DNA of 64,000 nt from Isurus oxyrinchus (Eukaryota): positions 620,001 through 684,000 of the forward strand of contig JANJGN010000188.1 in NCBI GenBank assembly GCA_026770705.1, read 5' to 3'. The notes below the pieces were generated by a model, which was given only the letters and a program-made list of their open reading frames with translations, had not been told where the DNA came from and ran no database searches. A program made the translations under genes and the position numbers. Shown one piece after another: positions 1-10,735 of this stretch (its first letter is position 1; every line of letters begins with the position of its first letter).

Positions 1-971
1 GGCGCTGAGTCCGAGGTTCCCGGTCAGCGGGAATAGGTTTGGGCTGATCTTACCTATTCAGAGTTACAAAAAAAATGTATCGAATCCCTTCTGCAATCGT
101 GGGGAAGGACCTCGGTAAAGCAACAGTCAGTGAGTTAAATGTAGGCACTGAGTTGCTTCGGGAATTGAAGAGGGTTAGGAGTGAGTTCCAGAGGCAAACA
201 GAGGTACAAAGAAAGAGAACGGAAAGATTGGCGAGGAGGAAGAGAAAGGACTATGAATGGCGTTCACCATCTTTCAATTTTTACTCAATGAAACATCAAA
301 AGAGAAAAATAATCTCTGTGCCAAGGAGCTGCTGATAGTGCAGAGAGCAGTAAATAGGGCTGGATTTAGGAGAATCATCGTGTTCACTGAGGGAGAGGCA
401 ATGGGATTAGAAGCATAAAATTACGAGGGGGCCAGGGATGAAAGGCAGGATCCTGAATAGCTGCTGTCCGAAACCAAAGGAAATAAAGGGAAAACATAAA
501 TTTTCAAGATGAACAAAATGGTGGCAGAGATTACAATGTAAATTACTGTGTGATGTTACAGTCACGCTTTACAAGATGCGCGTTTAATGTCAATTATTAA
601 TGAATTCTGCTTCGTTAGTCATTACTAAATCGCGTGTGGCCGGTTCCTCTTGGTTTGAAAATACCTTCTTTCAGCGAGCTGTCCTAGTTTCAAGGTACCA
701 ATTCACTGATTTCACGGAAATTCCGATTTAGCCCTGTTTAAATGATAGAGCCAGCATCGGTGTTCGGACACATACGGAACTGTCGGCTGACTTGGTGTGA
801 AGGGCCGTTCCTGTCAAGGAACTCCCATATTCCGGATCTCTGAAAACAGCCGCGTTTCCTGAATCTCCCTGTCGCTGATACGACATATTTATCTGCACTG
901 TCTCCTACATCTGAATTTAAAAGTACATTTCCAATTTCGTGTGTTTTCTACTTTAAAGATAATAAAAAGCA

Positions 972-1043
972 CTCCTCGTCGGGGAATTGAACCCCGGTCT
1001 CCCGCGTGACAGGCGGGGATACTAACCACTATACTAACAAGGA
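972..1043 (-). tRNA. tRNA-Asp(GTC), apparently intact
   Basis: Reverse complement TCCTTGTTAGTATAGTGGTTAGTATCCCCGCCTGTCACGCGGGAGACCGGGGTTCAATTCCCCGACGAGGAG, 72 nt, near-identical to vertebrate tRNA-Asp. All stems pair, A and B boxes are intact, and a TTTTT Pol III terminator follows 3 nt downstream. Confidence 0.95.
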
Positions 1044-1613
1044 GTTACCTGACTTTATTATAGACAGGCCTGGGGCTAACTTTACACAGTAACAGAAGAA
1101 AATGCTGAATGTGGGAATGGAGAGGTTGCGGGCTTCATTCAGTTTTTTCAGAGACTTGAAGGATGACCGGATATCTTATCTGATTGAACTCGCTGTTCTT
1201 TACTCGTTATTAGGAACCTTATGATGCGTAATAACCCACAAATTGATAGATTTGTTGAATGAAAGAAATTGAATTGTCCTCCGATTAGCACGTTCATATC
1301 GTGAAAGATTCCTCTGTTGTGTAGTGTCTCGATTTAACAATGGGGAAATCTGACCGCCAGTGACAGTCTAGGAGAGTTCGGAGACAATGAAATGTCATCA
1401 ATTCAGGTTATCTGTTTTGTGGCAAATCCTGTCAAAATAACACTTCTTCTGACCCCAATTTGGGACTTTTTAAACGGATAGTGATTTATTTTTTCCTCTT
1501 GACTCATTTCCCGACCAGGAACACAATGAGGGAAAAATACCCAAATGTTAAAATGGAAGGTGAATATATAGATGTTCACCCTGCAGTGACTGGGAGATTC
1601 CCACTCTCATTGT

Positions 1614-1729
1614 AAAACAAAAACAGAATTACCTGGAAAAACTCAGCAGGTCTGGCAGACCTGCTGAGTTTTTCCAGGTAATTCTGTTTTTGTTTTGGAT
1701 TTCCAGCATCCGCAGTTTTTTGTTTTTAT
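1614..1729. mobile_element. Penelope-like terminal-repeat fragment collapsed into a perfect palindrome (41-bp arms, 1-nt spacer)
   Basis: 1614-1654 is the exact reverse complement of 1656-1696. It is followed by the GATTTCCAGCATCCGCAG tail shared with other Penelope-like fragments in the window. Confidence 0.75.
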
Positions 1730-1862
1730 CCCAGTCTTATTGTGTCCAACCTCCTGCTGGGCCGCCGTCTTGCATTTGTGCAGCAGCTGTTTATTATTCA
1801 GTTGAGCTCTGTCTCTCCCGTCACGGGTTCACCATCCTGTCGATGGTGCTGTCTCATGAACT
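1726..1862 (-). pseudogene. BEN-domain gene relic, last exon
   Basis: Translates (E)FMRQHHRQDGEPVTGETELN*IINSCCTNARRRPSRRLDTIRLG*. NSCCTNARR resembles the BEN C-terminal motif (NACC1-type DMCTNARR). There is an in-frame TGA at 1798-1800, and the acceptor reads cgg instead of cag. Confidence 0.75.
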
Positions 1863-2019
1863 CCGAGAAGGTTAAAATCACAAGAGAGACGCTCTTTTAC
1901 TGAAACATTTGGTCCCAGACCGAGTGTTTAGTTCACCATCCAACAGCTCCTGGGAATTACATGCAATACATTAACTTTTTTTTATAAATGCCTGGCTACT
2001 GGTTGATATGTGCACTCAC

Positions 2020-2245
2020 CGTTGACTGTCTCAATGACCTTTAAGGGTAAAGTCTTCCTCCCGTCTGCTGTAGAAGCTGTGCCCCTGCAGCTTGAATTCA
2101 GAAGGATATCACTAGTGAAGAGTGCATGCACCAGGCGGCTTATAACCAGATTTCTCTTTTCTAAATATTTCAGAGTCTCCAATTTTTCCGGTGCAACAAA
2201 AAATGTTTGACGATGTTGCACTTTCACTTTCTCTTGACCAGGTTT
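2020..2245 (-). pseudogene. BEN-domain gene relic, BEN core exon
   Basis: tttcag acceptor and gtgagt donor (phase 0/1). Open frame KPGQEKVKVQHRQTFFVAPEKLETLKYLEKRNLVISRLVHALFTSDILLNSSCRGTASTADGRKTLPLKVIETVN matches the BEN pattern RLLxxxFxxxxLxNSxxxG...RKxL. Confidence 0.78.
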
Positions 2246-2372
2246 CTGAAAGTTAGGGAATTAATTTGAGATCCTGATAGCATGATGGCTGCAAATGCGT
2301 GTTGCTGCTAAAACACGATAGGATGTGAAAACTACACAATGTGCTTTCATGTCCTGAGTGAATTGTACTTGC

Positions 2373-2450
2373 CTCAAATCTTCATTCCCACTCCCATTCT
2401 TCAATCCTGCCTCCAGGAGGTATTCTTTGTGTGAAAATGCGGCTCTGCAT
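2373..2450 (-). pseudogene. Candidate small internal exon of the BEN gene
   Basis: catag acceptor and gcaagt donor, 78 nt, phase 0-0, compatible with the flanking exons. Translates MQSRIFTQRIPPGGRIEEWEWE*RFE. Confidence 0.35.
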
Positions 2451-2734
2451 CTATGTAATTTCGGCATTAATAGGTGGTTGATTGGCAGTTACCCCCTGAG
2501 GTCGGCATAATGCTGGGAATAACTGCTGGTCGCTTTGAAAAATATTATTAAAAATGTTTCAGTCATGGACATTGAACCATCGTAAAGAACGAGTCAAAGC
2601 GTGTTCGCTGCGATTTCTCATTCAATTTCCTAACTTGGTGACAAGAATCACTCAAAGCGTCGAGGCTGAACTAGGCAGGCCACTATATGCCTGACAGAGT
2701 GATAGAGCAAGGACTTTCTTCATTCTCTCCAATG

Positions 2735-3030
2735 TAACATCCCTGACAAGGCCAGCACCCCAATCCCTTGAGAATGGTTAAGTGTCAACCACATTACTGC
2801 AGACCAGGCTGGGCAAGGACAGAAGATTTCCATCCGCATTGGACATTTATGAACATGCTTTTTTTTACAACAACCGACGATACTCTAATGTTGGCCAACA
2901 TTATTTAAATTGGTTTTATATCCCAGAATGTCTCAACTGATTTGAAATTCGATCAGCTGCCATAGTTGGATTTGAACTTATGTCCCCTGAGCATTAGCCT
3001 CTCTGGATTACTAATCCAGTGCCGTCACCA
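2735..3030 (-). mobile_element. tRNA-derived SINE (shark type)
   Basis: tRNA-like head (CACTGGATTAGTAATCCAGAG...GTTCAAATCC on the minus strand) and a tail resembling the 3' end of the LINEs at 9050 and 32420. Confidence 0.7.
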
Positions 3031-3547
3031 GAGAACAAGGCCAGTCAATTGATGCAGGTACCATTGTCTCTGATCCATTGCTTGTGAGCATATTCTTGGC
3101 AAAATCAAGGGTGAGAACATAATGTGATCTCTCAGTTTGACCTAAATTCACATATTGTTGGGAGGGTTCCACAAGCACTCACTGACTTTTCATCTTCACG
3201 CCTGCTGTCAATTACCACTGGGACCAAAGGAACCAAAAATCTCCCGCATGAGCTTTCCAGGATTCACAGCTTCAATGGAAAGGGGAAAGTCGCTGGTTGC
3301 TTTATCTTGCTCTCCAGAGGAATCCAAGGGCTATAGATTCAGAAGCTGTGGAGGGGGCAGAAGGGCGGGGGCCACGTGGTGATGATCCACGTGAATTTCA
3401 TTACATTCAATTGCAGGATCTCTATTCACACAACTCTGATTTCAGGTGCCTCAAACAATTCATCATAATATGCAGGGACCTGGCAATCACTGACTGTAGA
3501 GGAAGCTGCTGATTTGTGGAGTGCAGCATGGAACAGGGAATTCTTAC

Positions 3548-4330
3548 CCAGCTTGTCACAGAGAGGATATCAAGTGCCTTGGTCCAGCTGTTCAACTGAG
3601 GCCGCGGTCTATGGTACTCTGCACACAGGATACCATTCCCCTGCCTCTGGGCTTGCATTTCAGCCTGTCATACTCGCTGTCTGACCACTGATATTTATGG
3701 AGATGGATAAAGTGATGTTCGATCTGCGATGCTGGACTGTGCATGTGCATTACCCACCCATGTAAGTTCAGCTGTTACCAAAGGAAGCTTAGCAGAATGT
3801 GACTTTGAAAGCAGCTGGTGAGGGGCTCTGATTGGCCTGATGTGGCTGTTGTCATTATGACTGGGAATAAACGTTGAGACTCAGCCTCATGCTGCCATCC
3901 GTCCTTCCCTCTGCCTGCCTCACTTGGCTCCTTTCCACTGTCACTGTACAGAGTGGCAGTTTTCACCAATGCTGACCACTGCTCGGTGCCACTGGTGCAG
4001 GTTCACACCGTCCTGTTGGTAGGTCGTTCCTCCTCTTGGTCATCCTCCAGCTTGGCCATTAACCCTGCACACTTCTGTCGGCTAGTCTACAAACTAGGCC
4101 CAGGTGAATGACGCTACTTTCCCTTTTTTCTGTGCTGAGCCACCCTCATTGCCATGGAGTCCAGCGGCAGGAGGGTGCACACTGCCCTTGGTCTACACTA
4201 TTTCCACCTTCTGTGTGCTCGCTCCTGCAGCACGGTCAGCAGCAGTGCCCAGCTGCAGATCAACAGGTTGCTGAGCGGTCCTCAGCTCCTTCTTTAACTC
4301 TCCAAGAGTAATATTTGAATGTCTCAGAAA
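3548..4330 (-). pseudogene. BEN gene relic, large internal exon (low complexity plus coiled coil), copy A
   Basis: Paralogous to the long frame at 15585-16340. Ends ...MQAQRQGNGILCAEYHRPRPQLNSWTKALDILSVTSW followed by a gtaaga donor at 3547. Contains several stops and frameshifts. Confidence 0.5.
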
Positions 4331-4508
4331 TCAGTCAATTCACAATGAATAGGATTGAATAAAAGGGTTCTTTGTTTATTGCAGCTATTAATATCTGCCT
4401 CTGTAACAGTACAATGATCATTGTTTGTGCTGCACTCTGACAACAAGAACCTAAATAATTTACATGAGTTCACTATTGCAGGCGGTCAAGTTGATCCTCT
4501 GAGCAGAG

Positions 4509-4920
4509 ATGGCTCATACCAAACAGATAGCCTGGAAGTCCACCAGCGGCAACGCGCCCAGCAAGCAGCTGGCCTCCAGGGCAGCTCAGAAATATGCTCC
4601 GTCCACTGGCGAAGTGAAGAGATCTCGTCGCTACAGGCTGGGTACAGTCGCACTCTGAGAAATCTGCCGATGCCAGAATTCCATATAGAGTTGTTTATCT
4701 GCAAAGTGTCCTTCCAGCGCCTGGTGAGGGAAATTGCCCAGGGCTTCGAAACTGACCTGAGGTTTCAGAGTGTGCCATTTGGAGCATTGCAGGAAGCCAG
4801 TGAGGCCTACTTGGTTGGCCTGTTAGAGGACACCAAGCTGTGTGCCATCCATATCAAAAGAGTGACCGTTATGCCCAAAGACACCCAGCTGGTACAACGG
4901 ATCCGGGGGAGCGTGCTTAA
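4509..4920 (+). pseudogene. Histone H3.3-type processed pseudogene
   Basis: [34 protein letters not shown]...[37 protein letters not shown]... with an in-frame stop and frameshifts. S31 and G90 are H3.3 signatures. It is intronless, has no 3' stem-loop, and is followed by AATAAA at 5128 and then an A-rich tract. Confidence 0.9.
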
Positions 4921-5366
4921 ACTCTTTGCTTTATTACATCACCTCCAGACTATTTTGAGGTGATATTCAAACATTTTCTAAAACATTATTGGACTGTAGG
5001 TTTGGCTTCTTGTGGACGCTGGGCCTTTATTTTGTATTTTTGTTAGTTTTGAGTATTGATCATGTCTTAAAGTGGAAATAGCGAAACATTTTGCAAACAT
5101 TCCTTTGAACTCTTGCTCAGGTTGGAAAATAAACTTTAGTATCTTTTTTAAAAAGTGAAATGGTCGTGTTTGACCTATACACTCCCATCTAAACGGGAGC
5201 ATTGAAGAAATTATTGTGCAGAGTGTTTTATTTTATGCAGTTTTCTGGCTAGTTTTGCACTCTACATTGTTCGCCATGACCCCAGGCCTATTTACTAACC
5301 TCGCTTTTCCCTGTCACTGCGGCCTACCCTATGTTGCACGAGGAGAAAATAAAGAACAAATGCTTC

Positions 5367-5589
5367 CACTTATTCTCAAAATTTTCCCCAAGACCTTTCC
5401 TCGCCCCTTCCATTTGACACAGAACGTCCCCCCTTCCTCTCGATCCTTCTTGTTGCTCATGGCAGACAGCGGCTCAATCCTGGTCAGCAGTTCTGCGCTC
5501 CAGAAAACCAGACATAAATTATGGGTCGCTGCAGCTTGCTCTGCCGGGGATGCTGAGTCCTTGGCAGCAATAAGGTCACTGATGTCCAG
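5367..5589 (-). pseudogene. BEN gene relic, putative first coding exon, copy A
   Basis: LDISDLIAAKDSASPAEQAAATHNLCLVFWSAELLTRIEPLSAMSNKKDREEGGTFCVKWKGRGKVLGKILRIS. The peptide is recognisable in all three copies, and copy B retains the ATG and a GT donor. Confidence 0.55.
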
Positions 5590-6984
5590 ATGGCCAAAAG
5601 GCACGGTAATCACAGTGGACAATGCCTGATATGAACCTGCTGATGGACTGAGAATGGACAATGGTCAGAATGGCAGCATTGGTCAGAAAAGACTGAAAAT
5701 TAGGGGCGGGAAGCAAAAAGATCTGGGAACACGTTATGACAAGGATTGATGACTACACCAATCTAGAGTTTTGTTTGACCTCTATTGTACTGCAGATGTT
5801 TCTAGTCCATTTTCAAGTGGGTATAATTATTAAACCTCAAATGGACATTTTGTCCACTGTAAACTAACTTGAAGAAAACATCTCCCTATGTGCGGGGGTG
5901 GCACTGAGAAAGGATGGAAACTGAAACAATTCTCGAATAAAGCACGAGCGGCAGATGAAGAGACTTTTGTGGTTGAGATAAACATGTCGCGGGGATCATC
6001 TCCCAAATGTGCTGGAGGCTTTTCAGATCCCCTTGAGGCGATGGCTGGCCTGCGGTCATATTTTCTTTTCTCTCTATCCCGAAAGCAGGGAGTCCAATTT
6101 GTAGCCCAGGATGCACCATGCAGTCTGACTCAGCACAGGGCTGAGTGCTGCATTACGAGCGGCCTCATCATGTGGAGGAGGTTTCAAACTGCAGCAGCCA
6201 TGTGCCCCGTCTCCCTAAAGATCACATTCGGAGGATGAAGCAGAGAATTCTCTCACTGTAACAGCTCTTACACGCGGAAAGATTCTGTTAATGGGCCACT
6301 TATTTCAAAGAATATCCCAAAAAAAAATCAGGGTAGAAGTTTCAATCCAGTTCTTCCGCCCTCTCACCCGCCTCCCCCATTAAAAACAACACCAGTCTGG
6401 TCTCGCTTCCCTCCACCCACCCTCTATCACCATGCCATCCTGGCTCCACGTTCCCCATCTCCATGCATGCCTGACTCCTCAATTACCACCCCCGACCTCA
6501 CCTCTACTATGCCCCAATATCAGAATAATTGTTTGCATTCGCCACTCCTCGCTCTCTCGGGATCCACATGGTTCCGGCCTCTACCTCTACCCGTCACCTC
6601 TACCCGACTTAAAACGTTGTGGCCTCTCCCGGCTCGGGCCAAAGGCTCCAACCTCTCATATTCTCGGTCCCGCTCACTCCTGATTCACCTGGAACTTTTA
6701 CAATTACCGATAACAAGCAGAAAAAGGGCACCGAACAGCACAGGATGTGGAAATGCCCCTGGGAGCAGCAGGTACTGTGGGTGCGGCCTCTGGACCACAC
6801 AAAGGGTTTTTAATGTGCCCACCCTTGTGTGGCCGGGAGAGGCCGAGGCCAATCCTCTAATACTGACCGTCCCAGGTACAGGTTGCATTCCCACTTCCTG
6901 TCCCGGAGCAAGAGGGGATTAGACGATTGTTGGAGAACTAACAATGCGCGGGGTTGCGGGGAGAAGGCATTCACAACATTCTAA

Positions 6985-7250
6985 AAATGACAAATGAGAC
7001 TTGAACATGTGGCAAGGCTGTTAAGCAAGTACGACACAATTGTAGGTCGTAAACTAAGTTGTGAAGAGGGCGTAAGGATCTTGATATGTTACGTGATTGG
7101 ACAAAGATCTGGCAAATGGAGTAGAAAGTAATAAAACGTCAGCTTGTCCATTTTGTCAGCACGGACAAAAAAGAGGCACATAATCCAACCGGTGAGAGGT
7201 TGCAAAGCACTGAGATGCAAAGGAGTCTGGGTGTCCTAGTGCATGAAACT
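6985..7250 (+). mobile_element. CR1 LINE RT fragment (paralog at 18355-18610)
   Basis: Degenerate CR1 RT C-terminal region (TGGCAAATGGAGT = WQME, TGGGTGTCCTAGTGCATGAA = GVLVHE). Confidence 0.7.
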
Positions 7251-7821
7251 TTTGGTTTCCGTGTGCTGCTAAACTCTCATTGAAAATCGGACAGTCCAGA
7301 GTCCCAGGCGAGATCCTTCCTGTCTCTGAGACCAGAATGGTTGCTTTTGAAAAGTTCCCATTCGCTGAAAAAGCCTCAGTTTCGACTTAAACCGATTTTA
7401 TTGCTGCAGAGATCGCGCTGTCTCGCTCATTTGCTGACATGTTCTCTACTTTCCTACTGAAATCATAAAATCAACTAAATCTTTCCGTTTAACTCCCACT
7501 TCAGAGGTGAGTAAGTATTAATTATTGCCCGGTGCCAGCAAATTCGCTAGCCTCCTCAATCCTCCCATGTTTCTGCAGGATTGCTTTGTGAAAATGGGCT
7601 CGTAAAAAGCAAATGCCCTGTGGGGAATGGTCACAAATTGAGCTTCCTAAAAGGACAAGTCCAATTTTTTCATTCTTCTCTGAACTTTCCCCATCTCCAG
7701 TTCTTTTGTTCAGATGCTGATCAAAGTGAATTGTAGAAAATGTTGATTTCAGTTGCTGATTTGCAGCGGAAAACCACGCATGAGGTATTTAGTCCCATAC
7801 CGAACGCTGCTTGTTTGAGTC

Positions 7822-8095
7822 GGAGACTGAAAGATACAGAATCAATCACACACTCACAGCTAGTAGCAGAAATTGATATTTACCGAATCAATCTCAGACC
7901 CACCGATGGAAGCAAAGACTGATATTCATCGAATCAATCACACATTTGCAGATAGTGCCAGGGATTGCAATTGATAGAATCAATCCCACAATGACAGACA
8001 GTATCAGAGACTGATAGTCCCAGAATCAGTTCCACAATCACAGACAGTACCAGTGACTGTTATTTATAGAATCCATCCGCACTCACATGCATAGA
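7822..8095. repeat. Degenerate ~46-bp minisatellite, ~6 units
   Basis: Units approximate AGAGACTGATATTTATAGAATCAATCCCACAATCACAGATAGTACC. A paralogous array lies at 19960-20170. Confidence 0.85.
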
Positions 8096-8731
8096 AAAAC
8101 ATTGCAGGGTTACGGGGAGTGGCAGTGGGTGAATTGTTCCTTTAGAGGGCCTGCACATATTAGATGGCCCAAATAGCCTCTTTCAGATTTGTCGCCATTC
8201 TATGATTCTAATGGAAAATACTGGAAAAACTGCGTAGCTCTGGCAGTATCGATGCTTCGATAGCGGGTCTAATTGTTAAAACTTCTATCAAGGTGAAATG
8301 TGAAACCCCATATCCTGTCTCCAGAGATGCTGCAGGACCTGCTGAGTTTTTCCAGCACCTTCTGTTATTATTTCAGATTCCCAGCGTGAGCAGTCTGTCA
8401 CTTTATGAACAATAAAACAATCCCTGTGCAGGAATCGGTATTCAAATAAGATATTGGAAGCAGCAGATGGAAAATATTCAGAGAATCGCTGAATGTTACA
8501 AATCCGAGTAATTCTATCCCGGCTCCACACTACAGCTCAGGAAAAGCCTTTATTATCATCAAGAAGGAATATATCTGAGCTACATTTTAAATGGAAGATA
8601 AATGGAGGTGGGAAGTAATTATATTTCTATTAAACCCGCCCATGTGTTCGAAGCAAAATTTCATTGAAACGAATCAAATTCAGCTTCATGCTTGGGGTTT
8701 CCGATTTGAGAGGTTAAAAAAAACAAGAAAT

Positions 8732-8804
8732 TGCGGCTGCTGGTAATCGAACTGGGGGTCAAATACTTGGAAAGCAGCTACGCTCACCACTGTATCACCA
8801 TCGA
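8732..8804 (-). pseudogene. tRNA-Gly(TCC) pseudogene
   Basis: Reverse complement TCGATGGTGATACAGTGGTGAGCGTAGCTGCTTTCCAAGTATTTGACCCCCAGTTCGATTACCAGCAGCCGCA aligns to vertebrate Gly-TCC with broken stems. Confidence 0.85.
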
Positions 8805-8849
8805 TAAATACTGATATTGGCACATAGCCATAAGTCACAAAAGTCTTAA

Positions 8850-9040
8850 CAAGAGGGTTATAATGACAAATAAAGCAAAAATGATGCTGAGCCACAGAAG
8901 GAGATATTAGATCAGATGACAAAAGCTTGGTCAAAGGGGAACATCTTAAAGATCAGAAGGAGCTGTAGAAGTGGAGTAGTTTAGGGAGGGAATGCAGAAT
9001 TTTAGACCAGATCGGCATTAAGCACGGTTGTCAATTTGTA
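8850..9040 (-). mobile_element. L2-like LINE 3' fragment
   Basis: AAAAGCTTGGTCAAAG...TTTAGGGAGGGAAT...CAGA pattern, typical of L2 3' ends read on the opposite strand. Confidence 0.5.
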
Positions 9041-9049
9041 GAGAATAAA

Positions 9050-10175
9050 ATCCCATCTCTAGTTTCCCTTGAGAAAATGCTGCCGAATTGCCTTGTCCAT
9101 TCCACGTGGTGTATGTACACCCACAGTTCCATTAGCGGTGGGGTGAGGGGGGTGGTGGGGGAGGGGGGTTTCTAGGGTATTGATCCAGAGGTAGTGAAGG
9201 AACAGCGATATGTTTCCATGTCAGAATGGTGTGTGGGTTGGAGGAGAACTCTCAAGTAGCGGTGTCCCCGTGCATCTGCTGCCCTTGTCCTTCTAGATGG
9301 TAGTGTTCGTGGGTTTGGAATTTGTTGTCCAAGGAGTCTTGGTGAGTTCCTACAGTGCATCGTCTGGGTGAAGAACACTTCTGTTACTATACTCTCGTGG
9401 TGGAGGGATGTTGGGTGGATAGGGTGCCAGTCAAGCGGGTTATCTTCTCCTGGATGATGTCAAGCTTCTGGAGGTTTGTTGCTGCACTCATCCAGGCCAA
9501 TTGAGAGTATTCAAACATGCTCTTGACTTGTGTCTTGTAGATGGTAGACAGTCTTTGTGAGTCATGAGGTGAGTTACTCGCCGCAGGGTTCCTCGCCTCT
9601 AACCTGTCTTGCAGCCATTGCATTTGTATTGCTACTCCAGTTCAGTTTCTGGTCAATGGTATCCCAGGATTTTGATAATGAGAGATTCAGTAATGATAAT
9701 GCCATTAGACTCAAGGAGCAATGGTTAGATTCTCCCGTGTTTGAGGTGGTCATTGCCTGGCGTTTGTGTGGCACGAATGTTACTTGCCACTTGTCAACGG
9801 AAGCCTGGAAATTGTCCACGTCTTGATACATTTGCACATGGACTGCTTCAGTGTGTGAGGATTTGCGAATGGTGCTGAACATTGTGCCATCATCAGTAAA
9901 CATCAGCACTTCTGAACTTAAGATGAATTGAACGTCATTGATGAAGCATCTGAAGATGTTTAGGCCGAGGTCTCTATCCTGAGGAACTCCTGCAGTGATG
10001 TCCTGTAACTCAGCTGATTGACCTCCAACAACAACTTACATTTGTGATAGTATGACCCCAAGCATCGGAATGTTTTGTCTCTGCTTCCCATTAACTCCAG
10101 TTGTGCTCGGGAACCATGACGTTGCACTCGGACAAAAACTTCCTTGATGTCGACGTTAGCCAAGCTCATCACACC
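9050..10175 (-). mobile_element. CR1/L2-group LINE, 3' part of RT ORF2
   Basis: Minus-strand frames MFTDDGTMFSTIR...DKWQVTFVPHK and LSTIYKTQVKSMFEYSQLAWMSAA (FADD-like motif). Same family as 32420-33575. Confidence 0.85.
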
Positions 10176-10735
10176 TGTAAAGGGGAAAGTACTGAAGACA
10201 GACATAATGAAGAAGGGAAAAAAATATCTCCATAAATCAAGGCAGTTGGAAACATTGAATCCCTGAAAAGAAAAAGAAAAAGAAAAATTGTGCAGGGATC
10301 ACGGAAGGTGGGGAAATGATAGTAGAATAATTTCTCCTTCAAAGAACGAGCACAGACACGATGGGCCAAATAATCCATTCTATGCTTATAAGAATCTGGG
10401 ATTAGGAAACTTGAACTTCAAATGTAATTTACTGAACCCCGGAATCACAATGGTGAATCAGCATTGCTTCCAATCCAAGTTAGATATAACACCAGTGTTT
10501 CCTCTGTGTGGTGTCTGCAAGAACATGAGAAATAGGTGCAAGAGTATAATGTGTCTTCCAGCTTCTCAAACCTTCCACAACTTCCTGGAGTAATATCCGC
10601 CTTAATTTACCTTCCTGCAAATTCTCAATTCTCGCTGCCACCCAGCCGCTTAGCAGATGAAGAATTCCCAATGTGTTTGTAGCAAAATAGTAGAATATGG
10701 TTCAAAATATTGCAGCCTGGTGTTGTTCATAACTT

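Larger units (their letters stand above)
1..8890. repeat. Segmental duplication copy A (3' part of cassette: tRNA-Asp, BEN gene, H3.3 retrocopy, tRNA-Gly)
   Basis: 1-1350 aligns by eye to 49040-50570 and in part to 13720-14420. 3000-8890 aligns to 15050-20980, and 3000-5875 to 51210-54050. Confidence 0.9.

Noticed and set aside
4421-4963. 180-aa ORF as a novel histone H3 variant with a new N-terminus
   Set aside because: It is a frameshift artefact of the H3.3 pseudogene. The true H3 start is at 4509 in another frame with an in-frame stop.
7822-8095. CRISPR-like array
   Set aside because: Contiguous degenerate tandem units with no spacers, no cas genes, and a eukaryotic context.
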